Shown here one piece after another: positions 1 to 9,115 of a DNA stretch of 64,000 nucleotides. Numbering within the stretch: the stretch's first letter is position 1; each line of letters opens with the position of its first letter. This DNA comes from Defluviitaleaceae bacterium (GTDB lineage Bacteria > Bacillota > Clostridia > Lachnospirales > WQUN01). A program made the position numbers and the translations under genes. The notes beneath the pieces are model-generated. The model ran no database searches and was not told the origin of the DNA. It was given only the letters and a program-made list of their open reading frames with translations. The DNA lies in contig WRAN01000010.1 in the NCBI GenBank assembly GCA_009780185.1, positions 6,450 to 70,449 of the forward strand, read 5' to 3'.

Positions 1-492
1 TCAGAAAAAATTATACTCCCGAATAAGTACCATGATGTATTTGAAAATATAACCTGGGCGGATTCTGATGTGCGTAAGTTCCTTAACTCTGATTTTTATA
101 GTGAGTTTACAGAGGCGGAGCAGAAGCAGATAGTTGAAACACAGGTATCTAATTGTGGCAATCCGTGGTATTGCCTTGATGGTGGTGGGGATACAAGGGA
201 TAAAATTTTTCTTTTGTCTGTACAGGAAGTGGTACGATATTTAGGTGGACAGCTAAAAAGCTCAAATAATAAATTCTTTATAGACGATGAATATAATGAT
301 GCGCGAAAGGCCACAAATACGGATAATCTTCCATCTAGATGGGTGCTTAGGACTCCAGGAAACTTACCCTATCTTGTTACTATAGTCACTTTAGAAGGCA
401 AAATTGCCATGACTGGGGATTTTGTTAATCGTTCTAGTTCAGAGCTGTTTAAAGTAGGGGTTCGCCCTGCATTGTGGGTGAGGAGTATCTGA
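1..492 (+). CDS. C-terminal fragment of a hypothetical secreted protein (DUF6273-like); the 5' end lies outside the window
   Basis: Frame 1 is open from base 1 (SEKIILPNKYHDVFENITWADSDVRKFLN...), so the listed 70-492 ORF is a truncation. The motifs RWVLRTPGN and VRPALWV resemble DUF6273-type C-termini. Confidence 0.5.
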   Translation, partial: SEKIILPNKYHDVFENITWADSDVRKFLNSDFYSEFTEAEQKQIVETQVSNCGNPWYCLDGGGDTRDKIFLLSVQEVVRYLGGQLKSSNNKFFIDDEYNDARKATNTDNLPSRWVLRTPGNLPYLVTIVTLEGKIAMTGDFVNRSSSELFKVGVRPALWVRSI

Positions 493-741
493 ATTTAAAA
501 CATGCGGCATAAAGATCAGCAAGAGGGCACATAGAATTTATTGTTTGACATTATTAGCGTAGGAATGTATTCTATACGTAATATTGACAAAATTCACCAC
601 CAATTTGTGTAATGCTACTTTCCACAACAAAATTTATCTTGTTTATACATACACAATGAAGGGGGGACTTGTATGATTGTGCTTGCTAAGAACTGAAAGT
701 CTTAGGCAAATTTATAATAGCGCAAAAGGGAGGACATACAA

Positions 742-3213
742 ATGTTTAAAAGGAAATCAATAATGATCATCACTTGCTTGCTTTCGCTTATCCTCACGAT
801 GACACCTATTACTGTTGTCGCGGCACAGGAGCATATTATCGCTAATGAACCTGCAGCAGATGCGTTATCACTTTGGGTTATGCCCCCAGACATGTTGTAT
901 CTGTATAGATGGGCAGATGTATTTGTATCAAATGAGCATGAACTTAGAAATGCAATATGCACTTCACAGTATCAATACCCGGAACCACTTGTAATAGAGC
1001 TTATTAATGATATTGAGCTATCAGCATGGTCATCTTTAATTATTGGTAATAGCCAATACGTTGCGCTTGTTGGGCACTACACGATATCTATACCGGAACA
1101 TTCTTTTGGGCCAGTCATCTCTGTTCATAGTGGAGGAAAGTTGACTTTGGCTCGTGGTATAACTGTTTCAAGAACGAGCAGTAATTATTTTAGCAGTGAC
1201 AGTGGCAATATATATGTAGATAACGGATATTTAACAATGGCTTATGAGGCAAGAGTTGAAAATGCTCAGGGTTTTGGTGTGGTTTTGCACAATAGTGTAT
1301 TCAATTTTGTCAGCGGATTAATACAATTTAATCATGGTGGCGGTGTATCATTTCACAATTCCACATTTAATAATTTTCAGGGTAGGATTGTAAACAATAG
1401 CGGCAATGGCGTGGTTGCTAGCGGCGGCTATTTTACAATGTTTGACGGATGGATTAGTGGCAATACAAGCGATGGTTTAGCCTATAATGGGGTGCTTTTA
1501 CGTGACAACACTACTTTTAATATGATGGGCGGTACAATTGATTCTTTTGAAACAGGAGTACGCCTTGGAGTTGGCTTTCCGCTTGTGCCGCGGCCGCCTA
1601 TTGCATTTGACATGTTTGGTGGATCTATACGTAACAATGTAAATGGTGTTTACGTAAGCCCTTATAATGTATTTCGCATGATGTCTGGGGCAATTGAAGA
1701 TAATCATGGCCGCAGCGGGGTTTTTGTAAGAGGTTCCAGATTTTATATGTTTGGCGGATTTATACGGAACAATTCCAGCGATAATGAACCTTTTGGCCGT
1801 CAAATGGGTGGCGGGGTAACTGTCTATGCTTCGCCTTTTGGAACGCCTTCAGTATTTACAATGTTTGATGGGAGAATAGAGAAAAATAATGCCACAAATG
1901 AAATACTTAGCGGGAATGGCGGAGGTGTGCATATCGATGGAAGCTCCTTCATAATGAGGGGTGGCGTAATATGCAGTAACACTGTTGAAGGTGTTGGTGG
2001 TGGTGTAGGAATGCAACATCAGGGGTCGTCACCTTGGCAGCAGTTGTTTGTTATGTACGGGGGCGTAATAGAAAATAATACAGCTAGATCTGGTGGCGGC
2101 TTATTTCTTGCTAGCCGCGGGCCTGGTAATCGTATTATTAATGGTACTATCCGCAACAACACTGCGACATCGGATGTGGCAGGGGGCATATCTGTCATGT
2201 TTGCGGATTTGTATATAAATAATTCAGCAATTATTGACAATCAAGCCCGCAATGGCGGCGCTGGAATCATGGCTGGTTTTTCATCCAGGCTTGAGATCAC
2301 TAACAGCACAATTGCAGATAATACTGTCACTGGCGCTAGATTACCCGATTTTCATCCGAGTGATGGTTCAGGCGGCGGTATAATTTTATTTAACCAATCT
2401 GAATTAGTTATGCACAGCGGCCGTATTACCGGAAATACCGCATACACTGACGGCGGAGGTATTTGGGCAAATGACTTATCCGACATAACTATTGGTGCAG
2501 ATGTAGTATTTTCAGATAACCAAGCCTCAAGAGCCTTTAACCGTCTGCCGGAAGACGACGCGCTTTACCATGCCAACATCCACGCCACACAGTGGACAGC
2601 ACCATTTACTCAAGGCTTTAATAACTTTGATATCAGCTACACGCGGGGTACGCCTTTTGTTGAAGGTAGCAGGATTTTTAGCCTTACTATAGGCGACGTA
2701 GAAGGCGTTATAGACCAAAGTGCAAAAACCATCACTTTCCATATCTTAAATACTGATCTTATCAACGGGAGATTTGTAGGGACTGTAGATCAACTTATTG
2801 CCGACGGCTCCGTTGCAATGTTTTATGTAAACGGACAGGAATGGCCGATACAAGAAGGTCAGTTGGCTGGTTTCTCTTCCGGCGATAAGGTTTTTATAGA
2901 AGATGGGATTGTGTACGATCTTGTTATCATCCCAATGCCGGGCCGTATATCACGGTTGACGGTTGGAGGTATAGAGGGCGTAGTTGATCAAGAAGCGGAA
3001 ACAATTACGTTTTATGTTCCCTCGAGCCGACTTGTAAATGGCAGATTTGTAGGTTTTATAAATGAGTTTTACGCGGACTGCAATGTAGCACGTTTTTGGG
3101 TACTAGGTAACGAGTGGCCTCTGATGCAGGGACAGGAGGCAGGCTTCAGTAGTGGTGACAGTGTTTATGTTAATTCTGGGGTTGTATACACCCTAATTGT
3201 TGTTCCTGTTTAG
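742..3213 (+). CDS. Secreted right-handed beta-helix repeat protein (Pmp/PbH1-like Gly-rich repeats) with two tandem C-terminal ~90-aa domains
   Basis: RBS AAGGGAGGA lies 723-732. The N-terminus is a signal peptide (MFKRKSIMIITCLLSLILTMTPITVVAAQE). There are more than 15 repeats of the F-x-M-x-GG-x-I-x-x-N / GGG(V/I) type, plus an NNFDISY motif shared with the 31423-35112 protein. Confidence 0.8.
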   Translation: MFKRKSIMIITCLLSLILTMTPITVVAAQEHIIANEPAADALSLWVMPPDMLYLYRWADVFVSNEHELRNAICTSQYQYPEPLVIELINDIELSAWSSLIIGNSQYVALVGHYTISIPEHSFGPVISVHSGGKLTLARGITVSRTSSNYFSSDSGNIYVDNGYLTMAYEARVENAQGFGVVLHNSVFNFVSGLIQFNHGGGVSFHNSTFNNFQGRIVNNSGNGVVASGGYFTMFDGWISGNTSDGLAYNGVLLRDNTTFNMMGGTIDSFETGVRLGVGFPLVPRPPIAFDMFGGSIRNNVNGVYVSPYNVFRMMSGAIEDNHGRSGVFVRGSRFYMFGGFIRNNSSDNEPFGRQMGGGVTVYASPFGTPSVFTMFDGRIEKNNATNEILSGNGGGVHIDGSSFIMRGGVICSNTVEGVGGGVGMQHQGSSPWQQLFVMYGGVIENNTARSGGGLFLASRGPGNRIINGTIRNNTATSDVAGGISVMFADLYINNSAIIDNQARNGGAGIMAGFSSRLEITNSTIADNTVTGARLPDFHPSDGSGGGIILFNQSELVMHSGRITGNTAYTDGGGIWANDLSDITIGADVVFSDNQASRAFNRLPEDDALYHANIHATQWTAPFTQGFNNFDISYTRGTPFVEGSRIFSLTIGDVEGVIDQSAKTITFHILNTDLINGRFVGTVDQLIADGSVAMFYVNGQEWPIQEGQLAGFSSGDKVFIEDGIVYDLVIIPMPGRISRLTVGGIEGVVDQEAETITFYVPSSRLVNGRFVGFINEFYADCNVARFWVLGNEWPLMQGQEAGFSSGDSVYVNSGVVYTLIVVPV
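2671..3210 (+). repeat. Tandem duplication of a ~91-aa (273-nt) domain at the C-terminus of the 742-3213 protein
   Basis: RIFSLTIGDVEGVIDQSAKTITFHI...NGRFVG...GFSSGDKVFIEDGIVYDLVIIP aligns with RISRLTVGGIEGVVDQEAETITFYV...NGRFVG...GFSSGDSVYVNSGVVYTLIVVP. Confidence 0.85.
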
Positions 3214-3242
3214 CACCGATACATTGTTAGTATAAGTAAGAG

Positions 3243-3279
3243 GCCCTAGTGGGGGTATTTTCCTCACTAGGGCTTTTTT
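3243..3279 (+). terminator. Rho-independent terminator after the beta-helix gene
   Basis: Stem GCCCTAGTG / CACTAGGGC followed by TTTTTT. Confidence 0.75.
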
Positions 3280-3280
3280 A

Positions 3281-3289
3281 TGCTATAAT
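3281..3289 (+). promoter_or_regulatory. Extended -10 promoter element for pheST
   Basis: TGCTATAAT lies 50 nt upstream of the pheS ATG. Confidence 0.5.
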
Positions 3290-3338
3290 CCTGAAGAAAA
3301 CCTTAGAACAAGTCTTAGGAAAAAGGAAGGACAACCCC

Positions 3339-4358
3339 ATGATTGATAATCTTCGAAAAAAAATAGAAACCGCTCTAGCTGAGGCCAAAGACATGACTGC
3401 CCTAGAAAATTTGCGGGTAAGCATACTGGGCAAAAAGGGCGAAATCACAGACTTATTAAAATCTCTTGGTCAGCTTCCTAAAGAAGAGCGCGCACAAGCT
3501 GGACAAGCTGCCAATGAGCTTAGAGACTGGGCAACCCTGGCTATAAAGTCTGCCATTGATGATATGGCTCAAGTCCAGCAGCAAAATGCCTTGGCAACTG
3601 AGTCCATTGACGTTACCCTTCCAGGGCGCAGGCGCAAGATTGGCCGCTTGCATCCTATTTCTGTTACCCATAAAAAGCTGGAAGATTTATTCGTAAGCCT
3701 TGGCTTTAATATATTAGAAGGCCCTCATATTGAGACCGTATACAATAACTTTGATGCCCTCAACACCCCTCACAACCACCCTTCGCGGGATGAGGCGGAT
3801 ACTTTCTATTTTAATGATAATTTGCTTCTTAGATGCCATACATCACCAATGCAGGTGCGTGTAATGGAAGCTCAGGCTCCCCCTATACGTGTGGTTATTC
3901 CAGGGATGACATACCGCCGGGATGAAATAGACGCAACCCATACTCCGGCCTTCCATCAGATGGAAGGGCTTGTAATAGACAAGGGTATAACATTTGGGGA
4001 TTTAAAGGGTATGCTTGAGCTTATTGTTAGGCATATATTTGGGCCGGGGACGGCCATACGCTTACGCCCCAGTTATTTCCCCTTTACAGAGCCTAGCGCA
4101 GAGGTGGATGTTACCTGCTATTCCTGTAAGGCTAAGGCTCCTGAAGGGTGCCGGGTATGTAAGGGCAGCGGCTGGGTAGAGCTTTGGGGCTGCGGCATGG
4201 TACACCCCAATGTACTGCGTATGTCAGGTATTGACCCAGAAGTGTATACAGGCTATGCATTTGGCCTTGGAACAGACCGGATAACCTCGGCAATAAACGG
4301 GATTACAGACCCACGGCTATACTTTGACAATGATATGCAGTTCCTTAGTCAGTTTTGA
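3339..4358 (+). CDS. pheS: Phenylalanine--tRNA ligase alpha subunit
   Basis: Start is MIDNLRKKIE behind the RBS AAAGGAAGG. Class II motifs are present (FHQMEG, SYFPFTEPSAEVD, GFGLG-like AFGLGTDR). The ORF-track start at 3249 lies inside the upstream terminator and promoter, so it was rejected. Confidence 0.95.
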   Translation: MIDNLRKKIETALAEAKDMTALENLRVSILGKKGEITDLLKSLGQLPKEERAQAGQAANELRDWATLAIKSAIDDMAQVQQQNALATESIDVTLPGRRRKIGRLHPISVTHKKLEDLFVSLGFNILEGPHIETVYNNFDALNTPHNHPSRDEADTFYFNDNLLLRCHTSPMQVRVMEAQAPPIRVVIPGMTYRRDEIDATHTPAFHQMEGLVIDKGITFGDLKGMLELIVRHIFGPGTAIRLRPSYFPFTEPSAEVDVTCYSCKAKAPEGCRVCKGSGWVELWGCGMVHPNVLRMSGIDPEVYTGYAFGLGTDRITSAINGITDPRLYFDNDMQFLSQF

Positions 4359-4403
4359 TGATTGGAACAACCCCGATTTTAGTATAAGAAAGGTGTAGAA
4401 CAC

Positions 4404-6872
4404 ATGAATATTCCTATGTCATGGCTAAAGGCCATAATTCCCATAGAAGATACGGCGGAAGCCTTTGCGGAGAAAATAACCAACGCAGGTATGGCGGTAG
4501 AGGCCATAACCCAGCCGGATGCTGAAATTTCTGGTGTGGTGGTAGGTCAGATTAAATCACTCACTCGCCACCCTGACGCCGACAGGCTTTGGGTAACCCA
4601 GACAGATATCGGCAGTGAGGTGCTACAGATTTGCACCGCCGCCGACAATCTCAAGGAAGGGGATTATGTCCCTGTGGCTGTCCATGGTGCCAACCTTGCA
4701 AATGGCCTCAAGATTAAGAAGTCTAAAATGCGTGGGCAAGAGTCTAACGGGATGTTAGTTTCTGTGGAAGAGCTGGGCTATACCAGAGATGATTACCCGG
4801 AAGCTCCAGAGGACGGGATTTATGTGTTTTCCCAGGCATATTCTTTGGGCATAGACGCAAAGCCTATCTTTGGGCTGGATGAGGCTGTGTTGGAGTTTGA
4901 TATCCTTTCTAACCGCCCGGATTGCAATGCCGTTATAGGTATTGCGCGGGAGGCGGCGGCTCTTTATTCCCAGCCTTTTGTGGCCCCTGCTATTAATGTA
5001 AAAGAAGAAGGCCCAGGGCATATTACCGATTATGTAACGGTGGATGTCCAAGATACTGACCGCTGTCCCAGGTATATTGCCCGTGTCGTGACAGATGTTG
5101 TGGTTGGCCCTTCTCCAAGCTGGCTTCGCCGCAGGCTTAACATGGCGGGGATAAGGCCTATTAATAATATCGTGGATATTACCAACTATGTAATGGTGGA
5201 ATACGGCCAGCCTCTTCATGCCTTTGATATCAACACGGTGGCGCGTATGAATGAGAAGTATGGTGTAGTGGTGCGTACAGCAGCTGATGGGGATAAATTT
5301 ACAACCCTGGACGGCGAAGAGCGTACTCTTACAGAATCTACACTAATGATTGCGGACTATAAAAAGCCCATAGGTATTGCCGGGATAATGGGTGGAGACA
5401 ATTCCTGTATTACAGATAATACCAAGACAATCCTCTTCGAATCCGCAAATTTTGACTCTGCCAATATACGCCTAAGTGCCCGTAAGCTTGGGATGCGTAC
5501 AGATGCTTCCGGCCGTTATGAAAAAGGCCTTGACCCTAACTTATCTCTTGTTTGTGTAAACCGTGCAATGGAGTTAATAGAAGAGCTAGGCTGCGGAAAG
5601 GTAGTACCTGGGATGGTGGATGTATATCCTAATCCTCGCACTGTTAAGACCATCGCCTTTACCCCAAAGAAAATCAAAGAACTGTTAGGGATTGAGACTC
5701 TTTCCGCTAATGATATCTGTGCCTATCTTACTCGGGTGGGTATAGAAACAAGGCCTACTGACACCAACGGCGAGTATATGGCTATAATTCCTACCCACCG
5801 GGCAGATATTTCAGGCTCAGCCGACCTTGCGGAAGAGGTAGCTCGGTTTTATGGGCATAATAATATACCCTCTCGGTATGTACAGAGGGTTGATGGAAAA
5901 CAGGAATCGACGTCCTATGGCCCTTCTTGTACGCTTGTGAATACCATTAAAGATGCCGCTGTGGCTCTGGGCTATTACGAAGCTAAAACCTTCCCATTTG
6001 ACAGTGTTAAGGTTTTTGACAAGTTACTGCTCCCTGATGACCATAAAGACCGTAACGCTATGGTTATCAGAAACCCATTAGGGGAAGATATGGGGATAAT
6101 GCGTACCCTTTCTTTGAATGGCTTGCTTGAGAGCCTTGGGCGGAATGATAGTAATAGCAACGAATCGGCGTACCTGTTCGAGCTTGCCAGGACTTATCAC
6201 CCTAATAAAGAGGGCGAGGATGCAAGTTCTCCTTACGAGCCTTTCTTTTTAACGCTTGCGGCATTTGGGCCGGATATGGATTTTCTTTCTATCAAAGGTG
6301 ATGTTGAGGAAATATTGGCGGCTTTAAATGTTGTCGGTATCGGCTTTGCCCGCCATCAACTTCCCTTTACCCACCCCGGCAAGACTGCTCTAATCCAGGT
6401 GCTGCCGGGCAGAGGGCAGAACCATCCTCCGGCACCCATCGGCTATATAGGAGAGCTACACCCACAAGTATGTGAGAACTACCAGATAAACAAGAAGGCA
6501 TATATCGCTGTGCTGTGTATGGAGGCACTTGGGGAGCTTGCTCTTGGGGCACGACGCTTCAAGGTTCCTTCTATTTTCCCGGCATTGACTCGTGATATAG
6601 CTCTTGTTGTACCGGAAGCTGTGACAGCGGCGGAAGTGGAGTTGGCAATCCGTGAGCGTGGGGGTTCTCACCTTGAAGATGTTAAGCTCTTTGATGTATA
6701 TCAAGGTAAGCAAATCGCGGAAGGTTATAAGTCCATGGCCTATGCCCTACGCTTTAGGGCAAATGATCGTACCCTTGCCGACAAGGATGTACAAAAACCA
6801 TTGCGGTTGATAGTGGATAATCTTACTAAAAAGCTCGGTGCTGAAGTACGAGATGCTGTAAAAAAGGCGTAA
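4404..6872 (+). CDS. pheT: Phenylalanine--tRNA ligase beta subunit
   Basis: Begins MNIPMSWLK, has the tRNA-binding, B3/4 and B5 domain layout, and sits immediately after pheS. Confidence 0.95.
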   Translation: MNIPMSWLKAIIPIEDTAEAFAEKITNAGMAVEAITQPDAEISGVVVGQIKSLTRHPDADRLWVTQTDIGSEVLQICTAADNLKEGDYVPVAVHGANLANGLKIKKSKMRGQESNGMLVSVEELGYTRDDYPEAPEDGIYVFSQAYSLGIDAKPIFGLDEAVLEFDILSNRPDCNAVIGIAREAAALYSQPFVAPAINVKEEGPGHITDYVTVDVQDTDRCPRYIARVVTDVVVGPSPSWLRRRLNMAGIRPINNIVDITNYVMVEYGQPLHAFDINTVARMNEKYGVVVRTAADGDKFTTLDGEERTLTESTLMIADYKKPIGIAGIMGGDNSCITDNTKTILFESANFDSANIRLSARKLGMRTDASGRYEKGLDPNLSLVCVNRAMELIEELGCGKVVPGMVDVYPNPRTVKTIAFTPKKIKELLGIETLSANDICAYLTRVGIETRPTDTNGEYMAIIPTHRADISGSADLAEEVARFYGHNNIPSRYVQRVDGKQESTSYGPSCTLVNTIKDAAVALGYYEAKTFPFDSVKVFDKLLLPDDHKDRNAMVIRNPLGEDMGIMRTLSLNGLLESLGRNDSNSNESAYLFELARTYHPNKEGEDASSPYEPFFLTLAAFGPDMDFLSIKGDVEEILAALNVVGIGFARHQLPFTHPGKTALIQVLPGRGQNHPPAPIGYIGELHPQVCENYQINKKAYIAVLCMEALGELALGARRFKVPSIFPALTRDIALVVPEAVTAAEVELAIRERGGSHLEDVKLFDVYQGKQIAEGYKSMAYALRFRANDRTLADKDVQKPLRLIVDNLTKKLGAEVRDAVKKA

Positions 6873-6876
6873 GACC

Positions 6877-6936
6877 GTGGGGCTTCACCCCACACCCCAT
6901 AAGCTTTTTGAAAAAAGCTTAACCAAAAACCTTAAT
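6877..6936 (+). repeat. Intergenic repeat family R2, copy 1 (GTGGGGCTTCACCCCAC hairpin, CCCCACACCCC, palindrome AAGCTTTTTGAAAAAAGCTT, TAACCAAAAAC)
   Basis: Aligns with two copies at 36886-37027. Example: ccccacacccCATAAGCTTTTTGAAAAAAGCTTAACCAAAAACcTTA versus the reverse complement of 36974-37027, ccccacacccTGGGTTGCTTTTTGCAGCAAGCCTAACCAAAAACtTTA. Confidence 0.7.
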
Positions 6937-6960
6937 AAAAACCGTGCCTTGCACGGTTTT
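6937..6960 (+). terminator. Probable terminator of pheST
   Basis: AAAACCGTGC-CTT-GCACGGTTTT hairpin with a short T-run. Confidence 0.6.
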
Positions 6961-7003
6961 GGGACGTGTATTTGGAATCCTGATTCAATGAAATGAGGGT
7001 GGT

Positions 7004-7675
7004 ATGCAGTATATCTATCTACTTCCGGCGGCGTTTTTTGCACCGATTATCCATGAATGGGTAAAGGCTTTATGCAGTACGTTCCAGGGTGATCCAACCC
7101 CAAGGAATACAGGGTATCTTACTGCCAACCCTTTTAAATATTTTGAGCCCATTGGCTTTTTGTTTGCGATGGCCTTTGGGTTTGGATGGGGTAATCCCAC
7201 CCCTACTACCGCCCTGCATTACCGAGACAGGAAGCGGGGGGTACTTGTTACCTATCTGACTCCGGTGTTGGTTAATTTTTTGCTGGGTATCGGGTCGGCG
7301 GCCTTGGTTGGGATTATTGCAGTGCGGGCTATGCCTATAAGCGACCCCAATATTCTGTTCCTTCTGATTCGCTTTTCACATCCTGAAAGCAGCCTCGTAA
7401 TTATAAGCCTTGTATTGCTGGCTAATTTCGCGTTTATTAATATAAATCTGGCGCTGTTTAATCTTATTCCAGTGTATCCTCTTGCTGCCAATAAGATTTT
7501 ATTGCAGTTTTCACGCCCAGACACAATTGCAAGGCTTAATCACTATGAGAAAACACTTCAGGTTTTCTTGATTTTAGCCCTTGTACCGTGGTTTGGGGGC
7601 GTAGGCCCCCTTGCACGGTTATTTTGGCCTGTTTCCTTCCGGATTATCGGCTTTGTATGGGGGATTGTAGTGTAA
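7004..7675 (+). CDS. Site-2 protease (peptidase M50)-like membrane protein with degenerate metal-binding motifs
   Basis: Multi-pass membrane protein. IIHEWVKAL occupies the position of HExxH. GDPTPRNTGYLTANPFKYFEPIGF matches the M50B GDxTPxxxGRLTLNPxxHxDPxG block. NLIPVYPLAANKIL occupies the position of NLIPxPPLDGSKIL. Confidence 0.75.
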   Translation: MQYIYLLPAAFFAPIIHEWVKALCSTFQGDPTPRNTGYLTANPFKYFEPIGFLFAMAFGFGWGNPTPTTALHYRDRKRGVLVTYLTPVLVNFLLGIGSAALVGIIAVRAMPISDPNILFLLIRFSHPESSLVIISLVLLANFAFININLALFNLIPVYPLAANKILLQFSRPDTIARLNHYEKTLQVFLILALVPWFGGVGPLARLFWPVSFRIIGFVWGIVV

Positions 7676-8422
7676 ATGGAAATAAAGCTTGATGCCTATG
7701 AAGGGCCTATGGATTTGCTTGTTAGGCTTATTCAGCGTAATGAAATTGATATTTACGATATCCCTATAGCCCAGCTAACGGCTCAGTACCTGGATGCGGT
7801 AGATGCGTTAAAAGATGATGACAGTTATGATATGGATCAAATGAGTGAGTTTGTGTTAATGGCTGCCACTTTATTGGAGATTAAGTCCCGGATGTTACTG
7901 CCCAAGCCCAAAGTTGAAGCGGAAGATGTGGAAGTAGAAGACCCTCGTGAGGCCTTAGTGCGTAAGATTATAGCCTACCAAGAGGCACAGGCCCTTGCGG
8001 CAGAACTAACCAGGATATCCCCGCCAGGGCTACGGCTTTCCGGTTCTGGTGACCCGAGGTTATTAGAAGAGGTATCTGCAGATATAGATAGCCAGACCCC
8101 TATAATGGAGGGGGTAGGACTTGACCGGATATGGGAAATCTTCACCGATGTAATGAGCCGAAGGGCGGCAAAGCGGGATCAGGTTCGTGCAGGTTTTGGG
8201 CAAATGCAGCGGGAGCGCTTTACTGTGCCGGAAAAAATCGCTTATATCCATAAGCGGATGGAAGCAGAAGGCAGTGTTAGACTTTCATTGCTGTTTGATT
8301 TTTGCCGCTCTAGGAATGAAATGATTGTTACCTTTCTGGCGCTTCTGGAGATGATTCGCCGAGGTATGATGAAAGCCAGGCAAGATAATGCCTTTGAAGA
8401 TGTATACTGCGAAGCTGCGTAG
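7676..8422 (+). CDS. scpA: Segregation and condensation protein A
   Basis: Contains YEGPMDLLVRLIQRNEIDIYDIPIAQLT. The start abuts the stop of the upstream gene (TAAATG). Confidence 0.93.
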   Translation: MEIKLDAYEGPMDLLVRLIQRNEIDIYDIPIAQLTAQYLDAVDALKDDDSYDMDQMSEFVLMAATLLEIKSRMLLPKPKVEAEDVEVEDPREALVRKIIAYQEAQALAAELTRISPPGLRLSGSGDPRLLEEVSADIDSQTPIMEGVGLDRIWEIFTDVMSRRAAKRDQVRAGFGQMQRERFTVPEKIAYIHKRMEAEGSVRLSLLFDFCRSRNEMIVTFLALLEMIRRGMMKARQDNAFEDVYCEAA

Positions 8423-8483
8423 ATTGAGGGCGAAGTACTCATTTTGAGGAGGAAATATCATACATTCTACTGATAGAGAAAAA

Positions 8484-9005
8484 ATGCTTGAGGCAATGTT
8501 ATTTGCCAGCCCAGAAAGCGTGCCACTGGCAAGCCTTGCTGAAGCGCTGGGTTGTGATATTCCCCTTACCAGAAACCTATTGACCCGTATGGCGGAAGCC
8601 TATGCCGCCAACCAATCTGGGATACAGTTACAAGAAACAGATGACTCCTATCGCCTTTGTACTAATCCTATTTACTATCAATCTATAGAGCGTTTGTTAA
8701 AGTTAAAGCCACGCAAAGCCCTATCTCAAGCTATGCTAGAAACCTTGGCAATAGTCGCTTACAAACAGCCGGTGACTAAGGCAATAATAGAAGATATAAG
8801 AGGCGTAAACGCCGACCACGCAGTGAACAGGCTGATGGAATACGGCCTGGTAACAGAAAAAGGGCGGCTGGACGGCCCAGGGCGGCCTATTCTGTTTGGT
8901 ACCAGTGATGAATTTTTGCTGTACTACGGCCTTAGAAATGTTGAGGAATTGCTTGCGGCTAATAAATTTGATAGCACAGTTCAGCTGACCTTGGAAAGTG
9001 AATGA
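8484..9005 (+). CDS. scpB: Segregation and condensation protein B
   Basis: Contains MLEAMLFASPESV...LETLAIVAYKQPVTKAIIEDIRGV, the two winged-helix pattern of ScpB, and follows scpA. Confidence 0.92.
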   Translation: MLEAMLFASPESVPLASLAEALGCDIPLTRNLLTRMAEAYAANQSGIQLQETDDSYRLCTNPIYYQSIERLLKLKPRKALSQAMLETLAIVAYKQPVTKAIIEDIRGVNADHAVNRLMEYGLVTEKGRLDGPGRPILFGTSDEFLLYYGLRNVEELLAANKFDSTVQLTLESE

Positions 9006-9053
9006 TGTAATGGGTATTTAATGATTTTGGGATATATGCTTTTATTTATGGTA

Positions 9054-9062
9054 TGGTATAAT
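9054..9062 (+). promoter_or_regulatory. Extended -10 promoter element of the AT-rich three-gene cassette
   Basis: TGGTATAAT lies 54 nt upstream of ATG 9116. RBS AAGGGAGA lies 9101-9108. Confidence 0.5.
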
Positions 9063-9115
9063 TCTACAACATTCTTCAAAAATCATAACATGATATACAT
9101 AAGGGAGACTGGATT

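Noticed and set aside
3249-3338. N-terminal extensions offered by the ORF track: pheS 3249, 12962, 17348, 22058, 23824, 27626, 28546, 31363 and 60837.
   Set aside because: In each case an internal ATG preceded by a good Shine-Dalgarno gives the canonical family N-terminus or signal peptide. The extension also overlaps a terminator, promoter or the upstream gene.
3214-3338. An expected T-box leader upstream of pheST, as is common in Firmicutes.
   Set aside because: The intergenic region is only 125 nt. It is filled by the upstream terminator and a TGCTATAAT promoter 50 nt from the ATG, which leaves no room for a specifier hairpin and T-box/antiterminator. I see no T-box-like AGGGTGGNACCGCG sequence.
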